A stretch of DNA of 64,000 bases from Mytilus californianus (taxonomy: Eukaryota), in the NCBI RefSeq assembly GCF_021869535.1, contig NW_026262712.1:86924001-86988000 (forward strand). Direction: 5' to 3'. The translations under genes were made by a program, and so were the position numbers. A model generated the notes under the pieces. That model ran no database searches, had not been told where the DNA came from, and was given only the letters and a program-made list of their open reading frames with translations. Shown piece by piece: positions 63,586 through 64,000 of the stretch (position 1 is its first letter; every line of letters begins with the position of its first letter).

Positions 63586-64000
63586 CTAAAACACATAATA
63601 TTACGAAAAAATATAAATATACATTGGAGAATAAAAAGAACATGTCGAGGATGTACAATAGTCTACAATCTCAAGAAATAGTAGGGAAATGGGCGAAATT
63701 GCTTTTACTCCTGTTATACAGCTTATTTGTTGGAGCTAGCTAACCCAGATACAATAAGGAAAAGTTTTTAAACCGGAAAATATAGACTCCGAAAAGTGTC
63801 GGACATTCGCTGTTGAAGTACTTTGAACTTAATAATTGCGTACTTACAGTAACTGCGAGCATTCTATCTTATTCATTATAGTTAAACCCCGCTTCATGCA
63901 CATGTGCCTGTCCCAAAAACAAAACTAGTTTGCTGTTGTCTTTGTGTATCTCTTACTGTTTTATCTGCCCTTTAGAAAATATTGTGTTGATGTCAGATTT

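Noticed and set aside
63600-64000. 5' exon (signal peptide/TM) of the BRICHOS gene
   Set aside because: A donor at 63847 and a hydrophobic stretch near 63730-63765 exist, but none gives a start codon with the needed phase.

Overview
AT-rich, intron-rich animal genomic DNA. The repeat families and gene content point to a bivalve mollusc, probably a mussel (Mytilus-like); this is inference. The ORF track misses most real coding sequence, so I rebuilt the genes exon by exon using splice signals and phase. Left half: two conserved genes arranged head-to-head, the 5' part of LARGE (minus strand, 4 coding exons, runs off the left edge) and a complete 10-exon PEX16 (plus strand, 354 aa) with a U12-type intron. 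Right half: lineage-type genes. These are a 4-exon Shisa-like/STMC6 membrane protein, a FAMeT+PAN-domain pseudogene, an intronless F-box/LRR gene and a BRICHOS-domain gene with one in-frame TAG. Between the genes are Helentron-associated (HINE-like) elements carrying ~160-bp satellite arrays, TTAA (Kolobok-like) and TA (pogo-like) MITEs, tRNA-derived SINEs, RTE-X-like, Tx1-like, Penelope-like and Ginger2-like fossils, and decayed hammerhead-ribozyme (retrozyme) remnants. The most unusual observation is a ~65-bp repeat around one LARGE exon. Its units are decayed copies of that exon's 3' end plus splice donor, and every aligned intronic copy has lost the donor GT. There is no CRISPR array, rRNA gene or true tRNA gene.
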